Assembly (NCBI GenBank): GCA_001816585.1
Contig: MHCJ01000006.1
Location: forward strand, 40-64,039
Reading direction: 5' to 3'
Length of the DNA stretch: 64,000 nucleotides
Origin: Candidatus Chisholmbacteria bacterium RIFCSPHIGHO2_01_FULL_52_32
Lineage (GTDB): Bacteria; Patescibacteriota; Microgenomatia; UBA1400; Chisholmbacteraceae
Made by a program: the position numbers and the translations under genes. The notes beneath the pieces were generated by a model. That model had not been told where the DNA came from. It made no database searches and saw only the letters and a list, made by a program, of their open reading frames with translations. Shown here piece after piece: positions 48,064 to 57,407 of the stretch (position 1 is its first letter; every line of letters begins with the position of its first letter).

Positions 48064-48513
48064 TTAGTCCTTACTCCCGACTCGTAAATAATCCTCCACA
48101 ATCCTGTTATGATCAAAGGCGAGGCGTGGGAGTTCATCCAAAGCGAACCACTTCGCCTCCAATGCATCATCACCGAATTGTAGCACCCCACCAATAATCA
48201 ATACCTCATACACAACGGTCACCCGCTGCAACGTATCACGGCGTGGATCGGAATAGACACCAAGAAACTTCCCCACTCGTCCGCTCAGTCCGGCTTCCTC
48301 AGAAAACTCCCTCAAAACCGCCTCCTCCGCATCCTCATCCCAATCCAAGAGTCCGCCCGGCAATGCCCACTTTCCCCGGTCCGGTTCGTTCCCGCGTTTG
48401 ATGAGAAGTACCTTTCCATCGGAAACCGCCAAGCCGTCCACTGCAATATTACGTAAATATCTGTTCCCGCAAACCCCGCACTTCTCCCCTCGCTGCAATC
48501 GAACGGTTCCCAT
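48064..48513 (-). CDS. NUDIX hydrolase with an N-terminal CxxC
   Basis: WALPGG...AVLREFSEEAG, YSDPRRD. Confidence 0.92.
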   Translation of the reverse strand: MGTVRLQRGEKCGVCGNRYLRNIAVDGLAVSDGKVLLIKRGNEPDRGKWALPGGLLDWDEDAEEAVLREFSEEAGLSGRVGKFLGVYSDPRRDTLQRVTVVYEVLIIGGVLQFGDDALEAKWFALDELPRLAFDHNRIVEDYLRVGSKD

Positions 48514-48544
48514 ATCTCTAACTTTTAACTTTTCACTTTAAACT

Positions 48545-50821
48545 TTAAACTTTACAGTAGCTATATCCGCAATTCGCGCACGTCGCACACCCTTCGCTAT
48601 ACGTGAGTTCGCTACCGCACTCCGGACAAGCTGTCCCTTCCCTTGACGCCTTCTCTCCCATCGACCGGGGTACTTTCGCTTCCGCAAGGTTCAACACTTG
48701 ATCCGTCTTGCTTCCGTCCCGATAAATAGTAATACCCTTGCACCCGAGCCTCCAGGCCAAAAGGTAGGCCTCTCGGACATCCCGGGCACTTGCTCCTTGA
48801 CGAAAGTTGATCGTTTTTGAAACCGAGTTATCGCAGTGTTTCTGCCACGCAGCTTGAATCTTCACATGCCAAGGCCAGTCGATGTCGTGGGTCGTAACGA
48901 ATACGTCCCGCATCCGCTTCGGCAGTCCCCGAAGACCGAGAAGATGGCCAAACTTGCTGAGGTGCTTGAACACATCCTCCCTGGTAACAGAAAGGGGGCG
49001 ACTCGCAATCTGCGCCTCCAGTACTTCCGAGAATACCGGATCAACGATGGTTAACGACTTCGTTGGACGATTCTTGCGATCGTCCTCATAGAAGGTACGC
49101 CGGGTAGTGAGGAGGGAAAACACCGGTTCAATTCCCGAAGAGCAATTGGCAAAAAGACTGATAGTTCCCGTAGGAGCTATGGTCAGCATCGTGGCATTCC
49201 GATAGCGCTCCGACGTCCCCGAATAAAAGCTCATGTCAAAATTGGGGAACACCCCGCGCTTCTTCGCCAACTCCAAAGAGGCGGCTTCCGCCTCCTTCTG
49301 AATGAACTTTCCCAAATGATCGGCCATCTGAACAGCCAAAGAAGAGTTATAAGGGATTCCCATACGGTACAAAAGATGGGCAAATCCCATGACCCCCAAC
49401 CCGATCTTCCGATTCCCAAACCGTACGATCCGCTCAATTTCAGGCAGAACGTAGGTATTCGCCTCAATCATGTCATCCAAAAAGCGAATCACCGTCCGAA
49501 CCGTCCTCCCCAACTCATCCCAATCAACTTCCCACCCAAATGGGTCATCGGCTTTCTTTCTCCGAAGGTGCGAGGAGAGGACGATGGAGGAAAGATTACA
49601 GCTTTCAAAGGGTAATAGCGGCTGTTCCCCGCAGGGATTTGTCGCATCAAGCTTCCCCAGTGTCGGTGTCGGATTGTCCTGCTCTAGTCGATCCAAAAAG
49701 ATCATCCCCGGATCCCCGGTTTTGTGGGCAAATTCGACAATTGCCCAAAAAAGCTCTGAGGCCTTCATGGTTTTTTGCACTTCTCCCGTTCGCGGATTCG
49801 TAAGATTCCACGGCTTTCCCTTCACCACCGCCTCCATAAATGCATCCGGCGCGCCCACGGAAATGTTGAAATTTTTGATGTTTCCGTCCGTCGCTTTAAT
49901 CTTGACGAATTCCAAAAGGTCAGGATGATCGGCATTGAGAATGGCCATGTTCCCCCCCTGTCGCTTTGCTCCCTGAAGAATCTTAGACAGTGCCGCCGAA
50001 TAGGCCTGCAGAAAGTCAACCGGACCGCTGGCTGCCCCCGGAACGTTTTTGACCTTATCGCCCCGCGGCCGGATCTTCGAGAAGTTGAATCCCGTACCGC
50101 CGTTGTTCTTATGGACTAAAGCCGCCTCCCCCAACGTCTTAAAAATCGCCGCAATACTATCCTCAATCCCCAACACAAAACAGGCAGACAGCTGTCCCGT
50201 TCCCCCGTCGTTACCCGCCTCAAACATCGCCTTTCCCGAACAAATAAAGCGGAAGTTGACCATGCGGTCAAAAAACTCCCGTGCCGTCCGCTCCACATCC
50301 CGTTCATCCCCCCAGGCAATCTCTGCCTTGGCGATAGATCGTGCCACCCGCCAAAGCATCTGCCCCGCAGACTCGACCGGCCGTCCCTTCATGTCGGTAC
50401 GGACATACCGTTTTGTCACAACCGCAAGAGAGTGATCCGCCAAAACGGGTTCCCGGATCTGCCAAGTGTCTTTCCTTTGCCCCTTATGAGTCCCGTACAA
50501 AATATAGTACTTGGCTGTCGCAAAATACCCGGCTTTGGCTATCGCAGGTTCAACGAGGTTTCGTATCTCAAGAACGGTAACCAGTCGCCGATCCCGAAGA
50601 TCGCTACGGAGCACGTTGATAACTCCATCGATGATCCCCTGAGCCCCGGCCTCTGAATACTCACCGGTGTCCGATCCGGCTGCCACCACACTCGCCTCAA
50701 TCTTCGAAAGTAAAAATGGCTCAATCCGTCCGTCTTTCTTGCGAACCTGCAAAGATTTTGGGAAAGGTTGTTTGCGAAAACCGAAAGGTTGAACGGGTTT
50801 TCGAGGGTAAAGTAGCTGCAT
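48545..50821 (-). CDS. nrdJ: Class II ribonucleotide reductase with ATP cone, paralog 2
   Basis: VRKKDG ATP cone, SACFVL, TNPCGEQ, CNLSS, IAPTGT, C-terminal Cys cluster. Confidence 0.93.
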   Translation of the reverse strand: MQLLYPRKPVQPFGFRKQPFPKSLQVRKKDGRIEPFLLSKIEASVVAAGSDTGEYSEAGAQGIIDGVINVLRSDLRDRRLVTVLEIRNLVEPAIAKAGYFATAKYYILYGTHKGQRKDTWQIREPVLADHSLAVVTKRYVRTDMKGRPVESAGQMLWRVARSIAKAEIAWGDERDVERTAREFFDRMVNFRFICSGKAMFEAGNDGGTGQLSACFVLGIEDSIAAIFKTLGEAALVHKNNGGTGFNFSKIRPRGDKVKNVPGAASGPVDFLQAYSAALSKILQGAKRQGGNMAILNADHPDLLEFVKIKATDGNIKNFNISVGAPDAFMEAVVKGKPWNLTNPRTGEVQKTMKASELFWAIVEFAHKTGDPGMIFLDRLEQDNPTPTLGKLDATNPCGEQPLLPFESCNLSSIVLSSHLRRKKADDPFGWEVDWDELGRTVRTVIRFLDDMIEANTYVLPEIERIVRFGNRKIGLGVMGFAHLLYRMGIPYNSSLAVQMADHLGKFIQKEAEAASLELAKKRGVFPNFDMSFYSGTSERYRNATMLTIAPTGTISLFANCSSGIEPVFSLLTTRRTFYEDDRKNRPTKSLTIVDPVFSEVLEAQIASRPLSVTREDVFKHLSKFGHLLGLRGLPKRMRDVFVTTHDIDWPWHVKIQAAWQKHCDNSVSKTINFRQGASARDVREAYLLAWRLGCKGITIYRDGSKTDQVLNLAEAKVPRSMGEKASREGTACPECGSELTYSEGCATCANCGYSYCKV

Positions 50822-50881
50822 AGGCGATGAAGAATGGAAGCAAAAATAGCTTTATTAAATAACAAAGAACAAAGAGCCAAA

Positions 50882-52852
50882 CTAGGTCGAGCTGCAAAAA
50901 CTATAGGAGCAGTTTGGGCAAGTCGCACAGCCTTCATGAAAGACCATCGGCGTTTTACACTCCGGGCAAAGACCGCTATCTCCATTGGTCACCACGTAGT
51001 GATGGGAAACACCCCCATTCCCTCCCTCTCGATGCCCATTTCCGGAAGGGAAAGAATCTGCCGCTGCGACCATGGCTTTGGAGGCGGCAACGGTATCAAC
51101 GGTTTCCGACGCCGCAGTCCCTTGCCCCAAATGCAGCACCTGCTGATCCCGACTCCGATCCCGATAAATCGTAATCCCCATGCATCCGCTCTCGTAAGCG
51201 GAAAGGTAGGCCTGGTAAACATCCTCAACCGTTGCCGATGAGGGCAAATTGATGGTCTTTGAAACCGCACTATCCACATGGTGTTGCCACGCCGCTTGCA
51301 TCCGGACATGCCACCCATAGGAAATGTCATGGCTGGTAACGAAAACCTTTGCTAAATCCAAAGGAACGCCGGAAACACCTTGGCAGCCTCCCGTCCTTGA
51401 GACTTCATCCAAAATGCGATTAAAGACGGGTCGCTGCCGAACGCGCCGCGACAATGCCCGCGAAAACGCGGCGTTGAACTCAACCATCTCGGTCTTTCCG
51501 ATTTCAAGGATGTTGCGGCGGGTGTATGACAAGGCAAACAGGGGCTCAATGCCCGACGAACAGGAAGCTAAGATACTGATCGTCCCCGTCGGAGCAATCG
51601 TGGTAATGGTCGAATTCCGGATTGCTTGGTATCCTTCCTTCTCCCATCGGCTGCCGCGAAATGCCGGGAAAGAACCTCGTGATCGGCCCAGGACAACCGA
51701 TTCTTCACGAGCCACCCGTTCGATGAACCTGGCCAACCTCTCGGCCAAAACCAACCCGCGCGTCGAGTTATAAGGAATACCAAGGTCAACGAGAAGATCC
51801 GCAAAACCCATGACCCCCAACCCGATCTTGCGGGTCTTGAGAGACATCTCCGTAATCTCGGAAAGGGGATAATCACAAACGTCAATCACGTTATCCAAAA
51901 ACTTAACGGCCAGCCGTACGGTCCGCTCCAGTTTTCTGAAATCGACGCTCCTCTTTCCCCCTGCCACGCGGACGAACTTTGCCAGATTCACCGACCCTAA
52001 GTTGCAGCTCTGATAGGGCAAAAGGGGCTGCTCCCCACAAGGATTCGTCGCCTCAATCTCCCCAAGGTGGCGGATAGGGCAGGCTGCATTCATGCGGTCC
52101 AAAAAGACCAAGCCAGGATCCGCCACCTTCCATGCATTCTCACTGATAAGGTCAAGAATCGTCCGGGCAGCCACCTCACGAACAACTTTCCCGTCGTGAG
52201 GATCAATGAGGCTATACGTAGTGCCCTCGGAGACAGCCTCCATGAAGCGATCGGTAATCCCAACCGATACGTTGAAGTTCGTCAACCTCCCCCCATCCCT
52301 CTTTGCAGCAATGAATTCCTCGATATCGGGGTGATCAACGCGCAAAATTCCCATCATCGCCACCCGTCGACTCGAACCCTCGTTAATGACTTGTGCCATA
52401 TGATCAAAGAGGTCCATAAACGAAACCGGACCCGATGCCACCCCGCCGGTGGTCGAAACCGGAGATCCCCGCGGACGTAATTTGGAAAAAGAATACCCGA
52501 CACCCCCGCCGGTCCTAAGGACCAAGGCAGCATCATGGAGTGTCTTAAAAATACTCTCCAAGGTATCCTCAATCGGCAGGACAAAACACGCTGACAGTTG
52601 CCGAAAGCCATTGCGTCCCGCATGCATCAAGGTCGGCGAATTCGGCAAAAACTGAAAATCCGTCATGATTTCATAGAACGCGTGCGCATCCAGGGAAACG
52701 TCCTCTCCATAGGTTCCGCTTGCAGAAGCGACGCCATTGGCAACCCGCTTAAACATCTGTTCAGGGGTTTCAACGACATTCCCCGCCTGATCGCGACGCA
52801 GGTAATCGCGCTTCTTTAGAACGGTAATGGCATTCTCCGACAAACGAATCAT
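50882..52852 (-). CDS. nrdJ: Class II ribonucleotide reductase without ATP cone, paralog 1
   Basis: FLPNSPTL, SACFVL, TNPCGEQ, CNLGS, IAPTGT, C-terminal Cys cluster. Confidence 0.94.
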   Translation of the reverse strand: MIRLSENAITVLKKRDYLRRDQAGNVVETPEQMFKRVANGVASASGTYGEDVSLDAHAFYEIMTDFQFLPNSPTLMHAGRNGFRQLSACFVLPIEDTLESIFKTLHDAALVLRTGGGVGYSFSKLRPRGSPVSTTGGVASGPVSFMDLFDHMAQVINEGSSRRVAMMGILRVDHPDIEEFIAAKRDGGRLTNFNVSVGITDRFMEAVSEGTTYSLIDPHDGKVVREVAARTILDLISENAWKVADPGLVFLDRMNAACPIRHLGEIEATNPCGEQPLLPYQSCNLGSVNLAKFVRVAGGKRSVDFRKLERTVRLAVKFLDNVIDVCDYPLSEITEMSLKTRKIGLGVMGFADLLVDLGIPYNSTRGLVLAERLARFIERVAREESVVLGRSRGSFPAFRGSRWEKEGYQAIRNSTITTIAPTGTISILASCSSGIEPLFALSYTRRNILEIGKTEMVEFNAAFSRALSRRVRQRPVFNRILDEVSRTGGCQGVSGVPLDLAKVFVTSHDISYGWHVRMQAAWQHHVDSAVSKTINLPSSATVEDVYQAYLSAYESGCMGITIYRDRSRDQQVLHLGQGTAASETVDTVAASKAMVAAADSFPSGNGHREGGNGGVSHHYVVTNGDSGLCPECKTPMVFHEGCATCPNCSYSFCSST

Positions 52853-52864
52853 AACCCTCGCTTT

Positions 52865-53323
52865 TTATGTGACGTGTTTTCCTAAACGCTCTATCTCCCG
52901 CTTAAAATCATCAATATCCTGAAAGTCTCGGTAGACGCTCGCAAAAAGGATGTAACCAACCGGGTCCAATTTGCGAAGCCTGGTCACCACCAACTTCCCG
53001 ATTTCCCAGCTTTTCACTTCCTTATTTGCTCGAGCTCTCAGCTTCTGTTCAACCTCTTCAACCAAAGACTCAATCTGTTCGATCGTTACGGGCCGCTTCC
53101 ACGTCGCCTTCATCAAACCTTTCCGAAGCTTATCCCGGTCAAACGACTCCCTTCTCCCGTCTTTTTTGATCACCACTAAGTCGAGTCCCTCAACCCGCTC
53201 ATACGTTGTAAATCGCTTCGCACATCTCTCGCACTCTCGACGCCGACGGATGCTCTGCTCATCTTCCGAGATTCTGCTCTCAAGGACACTGCTTTCAGTA
53301 GTTCCACAGTAGGGACACTTCAT
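52865..53323 (-). CDS. nrdR: Transcriptional repressor NrdR
   Basis: MKCPYC...IRRRREC..C.KRFTTYE, ATP cone, FASVYRDF. Confidence 0.97.
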   Translation of the reverse strand: MKCPYCGTTESSVLESRISEDEQSIRRRRECERCAKRFTTYERVEGLDLVVIKKDGRRESFDRDKLRKGLMKATWKRPVTIEQIESLVEEVEQKLRARANKEVKSWEIGKLVVTRLRKLDPVGYILFASVYRDFQDIDDFKREIERLGKHVT

Positions 53324-53359
53324 GGAAAATCCCAAAACTGAAAAACCAGAGTGAAAAAA

Positions 53360-53412
53360 ACACTAAATATAGTGCTCTAATTCAAGCTAGGACACTAACA
53401 CTAGACTGTCAA
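53360..53412 (-). promoter_or_regulatory. nrdR promoter with tandem NrdR boxes
   Basis: acactaaatatagtg (53360) and a weaker acactaacactagac (53392), 32 bp apart; minus-strand TTGACA-17-TAGCTT overlaps the second box. Confidence 0.8.
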
Positions 53413-53575
53413 CCACCAATTAATACATCAAACTAGATCGTCTAGAGAAAAGAAGCTGAAACAATGGAATCCCCGTATCCCCCACCAAGTATTCACTACT
53501 CAATGAAAAAAGGAAAAAAATGCTTTCTCAACATTTTATACTCAAAACTTAAAAAAGTGATTGATAATAAAATTC

Positions 53576-54889
53576 TTAAGATTGTACCCTTTCGCACCGG
53601 GGACAACTATTTCCGGTGTATTCCTCCCGACATCGCTCACATCGCTTCTTCCCATTCTCACTCCCGCAAGCGTCTTCCCCCCCAATCCAGCTTTGCGTTA
53701 TCGGATCCCAATATTGACCCGTATCCTCACGGGTCGACGGGTGAAATCCGGCAATTTGGATCTCCCCTGAAAGCAGCGCGTCCATATAACGATCAACATC
53801 CCTACCCTTCTCCTTCGCCCACTGCCGTTGACCAAAAGAGAGCATGCCCCACAGCGTTTTTAAAAAAGCGCGCTTATCTTCCTTAAGCAGCAACCCTAAA
53901 AGCCCTTGAGCATTATCCCGGATCAGCGTACAAACCCGCTCCTCTTGCTCTCGCTCTCCTTCAGCATCAAATTCGAATAAATAGCGTCCGAACCGCTGTC
54001 GAAATAATCCGTCTAAAGCGGCAAGGTACGGCGCCAAGACCGAGTGAACGTGCACATACTCCCCAGCAGTCGAAGGTGATTTCGGCAACCGCTTAAGTTC
54101 CGCGACTTCGGCCGGAAAGCGAAAGGAGCGGGGCGTGCGAACGAGCCACTCGGGAAAAATTGGGCTCTCGACAATCACATCGTCCATGTCAGACAAACGG
54201 GTCATCATGGCATCTTGGGTATGGCTATCCAAAGCATCGATCCCAAAATCAACCCCAAGGGTATGGATGTTTAACAAAAAGGCTCGCTCCCGGTTTGACA
54301 ATCTCCTGTCAACAAACAGGAACCATCCGGCTACCTCAACTTCACAGTCACGCTTGTCGACGACAACCAACGGATTAATGACGTTCCCTTTGGAATCGTA
54401 CTTCGCATACAACTCCGTGGGACTAATAATCACAACTCCTTCACCCACTTCAGAATCAACTAAAGTTGAAAAAGCCTTTTTGAGCCCTTCCCCGACAGCT
54501 TCGGGGTATTGATCAAAATCAAGGTAGCTTTCCAGCTGCTCGCCATATTCATCCAATTGGTAGGCGTAAACACCCCAAGCACCATCAATGTTTCGCATCA
54601 CATACCGCGTTAGCGGCTGTACGGTAAGGGCCCGCTCTCCCACACCATACTCTGAGAGCAGCGCTCGCGACTTGGCGCGCAGGCTCTCTAAAACCGCGGG
54701 CACACCAATGGCTATTCCAACGCGATCAATCACCTCCTGCGTTCTCCGAAGCTCATGATCGAAGTTAAAGATCTTGCCGAACCACGGCTCACTTCCAAAT
54801 CCCGTCCTCGGCAATTCCGCTTGTGCAACTTGAGCCATAACCATCTCCAGTTGACCTTTATTAAACTTCACGCGAGGGAAAGACCCCAT
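53576..54889 (-). CDS. Hypothetical protein with a C-terminal CxxC...CxxC zinc ribbon
   Basis: 437-aa ORF ending CERCREEYTGNSCPRC; no recognised family. Confidence 0.8.
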   Translation of the reverse strand: MGSFPRVKFNKGQLEMVMAQVAQAELPRTGFGSEPWFGKIFNFDHELRRTQEVIDRVGIAIGVPAVLESLRAKSRALLSEYGVGERALTVQPLTRYVMRNIDGAWGVYAYQLDEYGEQLESYLDFDQYPEAVGEGLKKAFSTLVDSEVGEGVVIISPTELYAKYDSKGNVINPLVVVDKRDCEVEVAGWFLFVDRRLSNRERAFLLNIHTLGVDFGIDALDSHTQDAMMTRLSDMDDVIVESPIFPEWLVRTPRSFRFPAEVAELKRLPKSPSTAGEYVHVHSVLAPYLAALDGLFRQRFGRYLFEFDAEGEREQEERVCTLIRDNAQGLLGLLLKEDKRAFLKTLWGMLSFGQRQWAKEKGRDVDRYMDALLSGEIQIAGFHPSTREDTGQYWDPITQSWIGGEDACGSENGKKRCERCREEYTGNSCPRCERVQS

Positions 54890-54905
54890 CTCCGCCGAAA
54901 AGACG

Positions 54906-54932
54906 ACAAAAAACCTTCCCGAAGGAAGGTTT
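54906..54932 (-). terminator. Intrinsic terminator, probable riboswitch expression platform
   Basis: Minus strand AAACCTTCC-TTCG-GGAAGGTTT followed by further Ts. Confidence 0.75.
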
Positions 54933-54999
54933 GTAACTTGAACGCTAGCCCCTAATCGCTAGTCGCTACTCTGACTCCTGCTCGGGAGAAACATTGCGC

Positions 55000-55190
55000 C
55001 CACGACGTTCCTGACTTCCCCGCCCTTCGCGAAGAGCGGGGTTACAGTTGCGGCACAGCCACCAAGTCAGACTTGGTGACCCTGAAGTGATCCGCCAACC
55101 GGCGGATCTCCTTCAGGGCTCCCGACTAGACCTCGCAGTTGCCAGAGGCAACTTAAAGGGAATTCACGGGATTCCGTCGCGGAAACAAAA
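55000..55190 (-). ncRNA. Cobalamin riboswitch (variant with inserted hairpins)
   Basis: Minus strand CGACG-GAAUCCCGUGAA...CGGG...CUGUGCCGCAACUGUAA...AAGUCAGGAA-CGUCG; upstream TTGACA-18-TATCTT promoter at 55214-55243. Confidence 0.75.
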
Positions 55191-55291
55191 AGGTTGTCAA
55201 ATGCTAAAACCTAAAGATACCAGCCAAGCTTAAGCGGTGTCAACATGAGAAAGTATCTGAAAATTATCGCCACGGAAAAACCATAAGCCCA

Positions 55292-56032
55292 TTACCCATT
55301 CCCCTCATCTTTTTCATCATCTTTCCCTTCATTGCCTTCTTGTAGCTCCTCACCTTCGCGATCTTCGCTATCCTCAACACCATCGATCTCCTGTTGAATC
55401 TCATCTTGGATCTCACCATCCAAAGATTCTCCCTGGTCATCCACTTTGCTTTCGATTTCTTTATGACTGCGTTCGTTGATCGCAAGTGCTGATTCCACTA
55501 CTGCTTGTGCCTCATCGGGAGTTCGGGACATCACACCCAAAAGCACCTTCTCATGCTGTTCAGTCGCCGCGAAAAGTTGGCGGTAAAAATCCTTTGTGTT
55601 GTCTCCTCGGGTCTCGGCGAGCTTAGCCGCATCAATTGCCTGCGTAAGATACTTCTCTGCCTTCGTTGCCGTGGAAACCGCAAGTCCCACTTTCCCTTTT
55701 TCCGCCAAGGCTAAGGAAGCGGAAATGCGTTTATCCGAATAGTGGAGAAGGAGCTTGGCTCGCGCCAGTGGCTGTCCGGTAAACCACAATTGGATCCGGT
55801 CCCGGGTCATCTTTAAAAAATAAAGGGGGTGATCAGGCAGAAATCCGGGGTAAGGCAACGGGTACTCTTCCGTTTCCGGTTTCATTTCGCTCACGATGAC
55901 CATCTCCTCCTCTGGGGAAGAAGAGGCATCAGCTGCAAGCGTCGCCATTGGAGCCCGTGAACGCCAGATGGAAACTCCGACAACCAAAAGACTAAAACCG
56001 AAAAGAAGGAAAGAAAAAAAAGATCGTTTCAT
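55292..56032 (-). CDS. DUF5667-type exported protein with an acidic tail
   Basis: YPLPYPGFLPDHPLYFLK..RD motif, N-terminal signal/TM. Confidence 0.8.
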   Translation of the reverse strand: MKRSFFSFLLFGFSLLVVGVSIWRSRAPMATLAADASSSPEEEMVIVSEMKPETEEYPLPYPGFLPDHPLYFLKMTRDRIQLWFTGQPLARAKLLLHYSDKRISASLALAEKGKVGLAVSTATKAEKYLTQAIDAAKLAETRGDNTKDFYRQLFAATEQHEKVLLGVMSRTPDEAQAVVESALAINERSHKEIESKVDDQGESLDGEIQDEIQQEIDGVEDSEDREGEELQEGNEGKDDEKDEGNG

Positions 56033-56103
56033 GCCTTTCTCACCTCCATTCCGAATCCCATTGAAATCGGATAAGAAAAATCTTTAAAAAACGCTCCGGC
56101 CCA

Positions 56104-57345
56104 TTAGACCTTACTCCGAGTACCCAAATAGTCAACAATCACTCGGGCGTAAATCTCCGTGACCTTCCGCAAGCTTTCAAGATCGATCCACTCATTCACC
56201 CCATGATACCCAGCCCCGTCAGGACCAAATCCGGAAACCGTCGGGATGTCATTGGTAACCAGCATCCACGCATCACACCACGGCCCGGACCCCTCGATCT
56301 TCGGAGAAAATCCAAACACTTCCCTAACATGCTTGGCCAAAACCTCCACAACCTCTTCCTTACGGTCGATCTCAACCGATGGGACAAACAAGAGATCGCT
56401 AAGCTCATAGCGAAGACCGGGTATGGAGGTGAGCTTCTCGCGAATCCAAATCTTCACCTGCTTATCGCTGTTTCCTGGCATCAAACGAACATCCCCATAG
56501 GCAACACATTTATCAGGAACCGAATTGATAGACAGACCACCGCTGATCTTCGTCGGAAAAGTGAAAACCGGAGAGCGTCCGATAAAGGCCCGTGCCGGTT
56601 TATAGGGAATCTCTAAGTTCTCTAAAGAAACAATTGCCTTCGCCATATCCAAAATAGCATTCCGTCCCGCTTCCTTCCTCTCCCATGCCCGAATTCCGGT
56701 ATGGATGGCCTCTCCGAACGTGGTGAGACGAAAACGATACCCTCCCCGATTGCCGATGGCAATCTTGGAAGTCCCGGGCTTTCCGATAATCGCCGCCTTC
56801 GCCCGAATCCCCTGCTTTAAAAGGTATGCCGTCCCAAATTCGCTGCAGCCACCGGGTTCTTCGTCAACCACGAATTCAAGGATGAGTCGCCCATCCAAGA
56901 CAACGCCACTATCGATGAGCGCCTTGACGGCGTAGACGTATGCGGAAAGCGTACCTTTCATGTCGGCCGCCCCCACTCCGTAAAGCCTTCCGTCTCGGAT
57001 TGCACCGGAGTGAGGATCAAGCGTATATCCTTCTCCTGCAGGAGTCGTGTCCATGTTACCGTTTAAAATGAGGCTTTTGCGGAACCGCCGCGAACCGACA
57101 TAGCAAAGCACATTCGGCCGTTTTTTCGTCATACCGATCTTCCGGGATTGAAGTCCGAAAGACTGTAGCCGCTTGACGATGAGTTCGGCCACTCCAAGTT
57201 CAATCGGCACCTTGGCACTCGATTGATCGGGAGTATACGGATTCTCGCTTTTCTCTCGCACCAATACCGAAGCAAAACTGGTTTGCTCGGGAAAGTTCTT
57301 AGTAACGGCAGAGGAAATGCGTTGCCAAAGCCGTGAAGAAGCCAT
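56104..57345 (-). CDS. M20 family (ArgE/DapE-like) metallopeptidase
   Basis: LNGNMDT, LYGVGAADMKG, VDEE, FGP...HGVNE. Confidence 0.9.
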   Translation of the reverse strand: MASSRLWQRISSAVTKNFPEQTSFASVLVREKSENPYTPDQSSAKVPIELGVAELIVKRLQSFGLQSRKIGMTKKRPNVLCYVGSRRFRKSLILNGNMDTTPAGEGYTLDPHSGAIRDGRLYGVGAADMKGTLSAYVYAVKALIDSGVVLDGRLILEFVVDEEPGGCSEFGTAYLLKQGIRAKAAIIGKPGTSKIAIGNRGGYRFRLTTFGEAIHTGIRAWERKEAGRNAILDMAKAIVSLENLEIPYKPARAFIGRSPVFTFPTKISGGLSINSVPDKCVAYGDVRLMPGNSDKQVKIWIREKLTSIPGLRYELSDLLFVPSVEIDRKEEVVEVLAKHVREVFGFSPKIEGSGPWCDAWMLVTNDIPTVSGFGPDGAGYHGVNEWIDLESLRKVTEIYARVIVDYLGTRSKV

Positions 57346-57407
57346 ACCGTGTCCTCCATTCTACCACCAAGAGGGGAAAACTCCAAATCTTCCAGAGGAA
57401 GTAACAC

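Noticed and set aside
45272-52852. nrdJ triplication as an assembly artefact or intein-split gene
   Set aside because: The copies are strongly diverged and each is complete; no intein motifs were seen.
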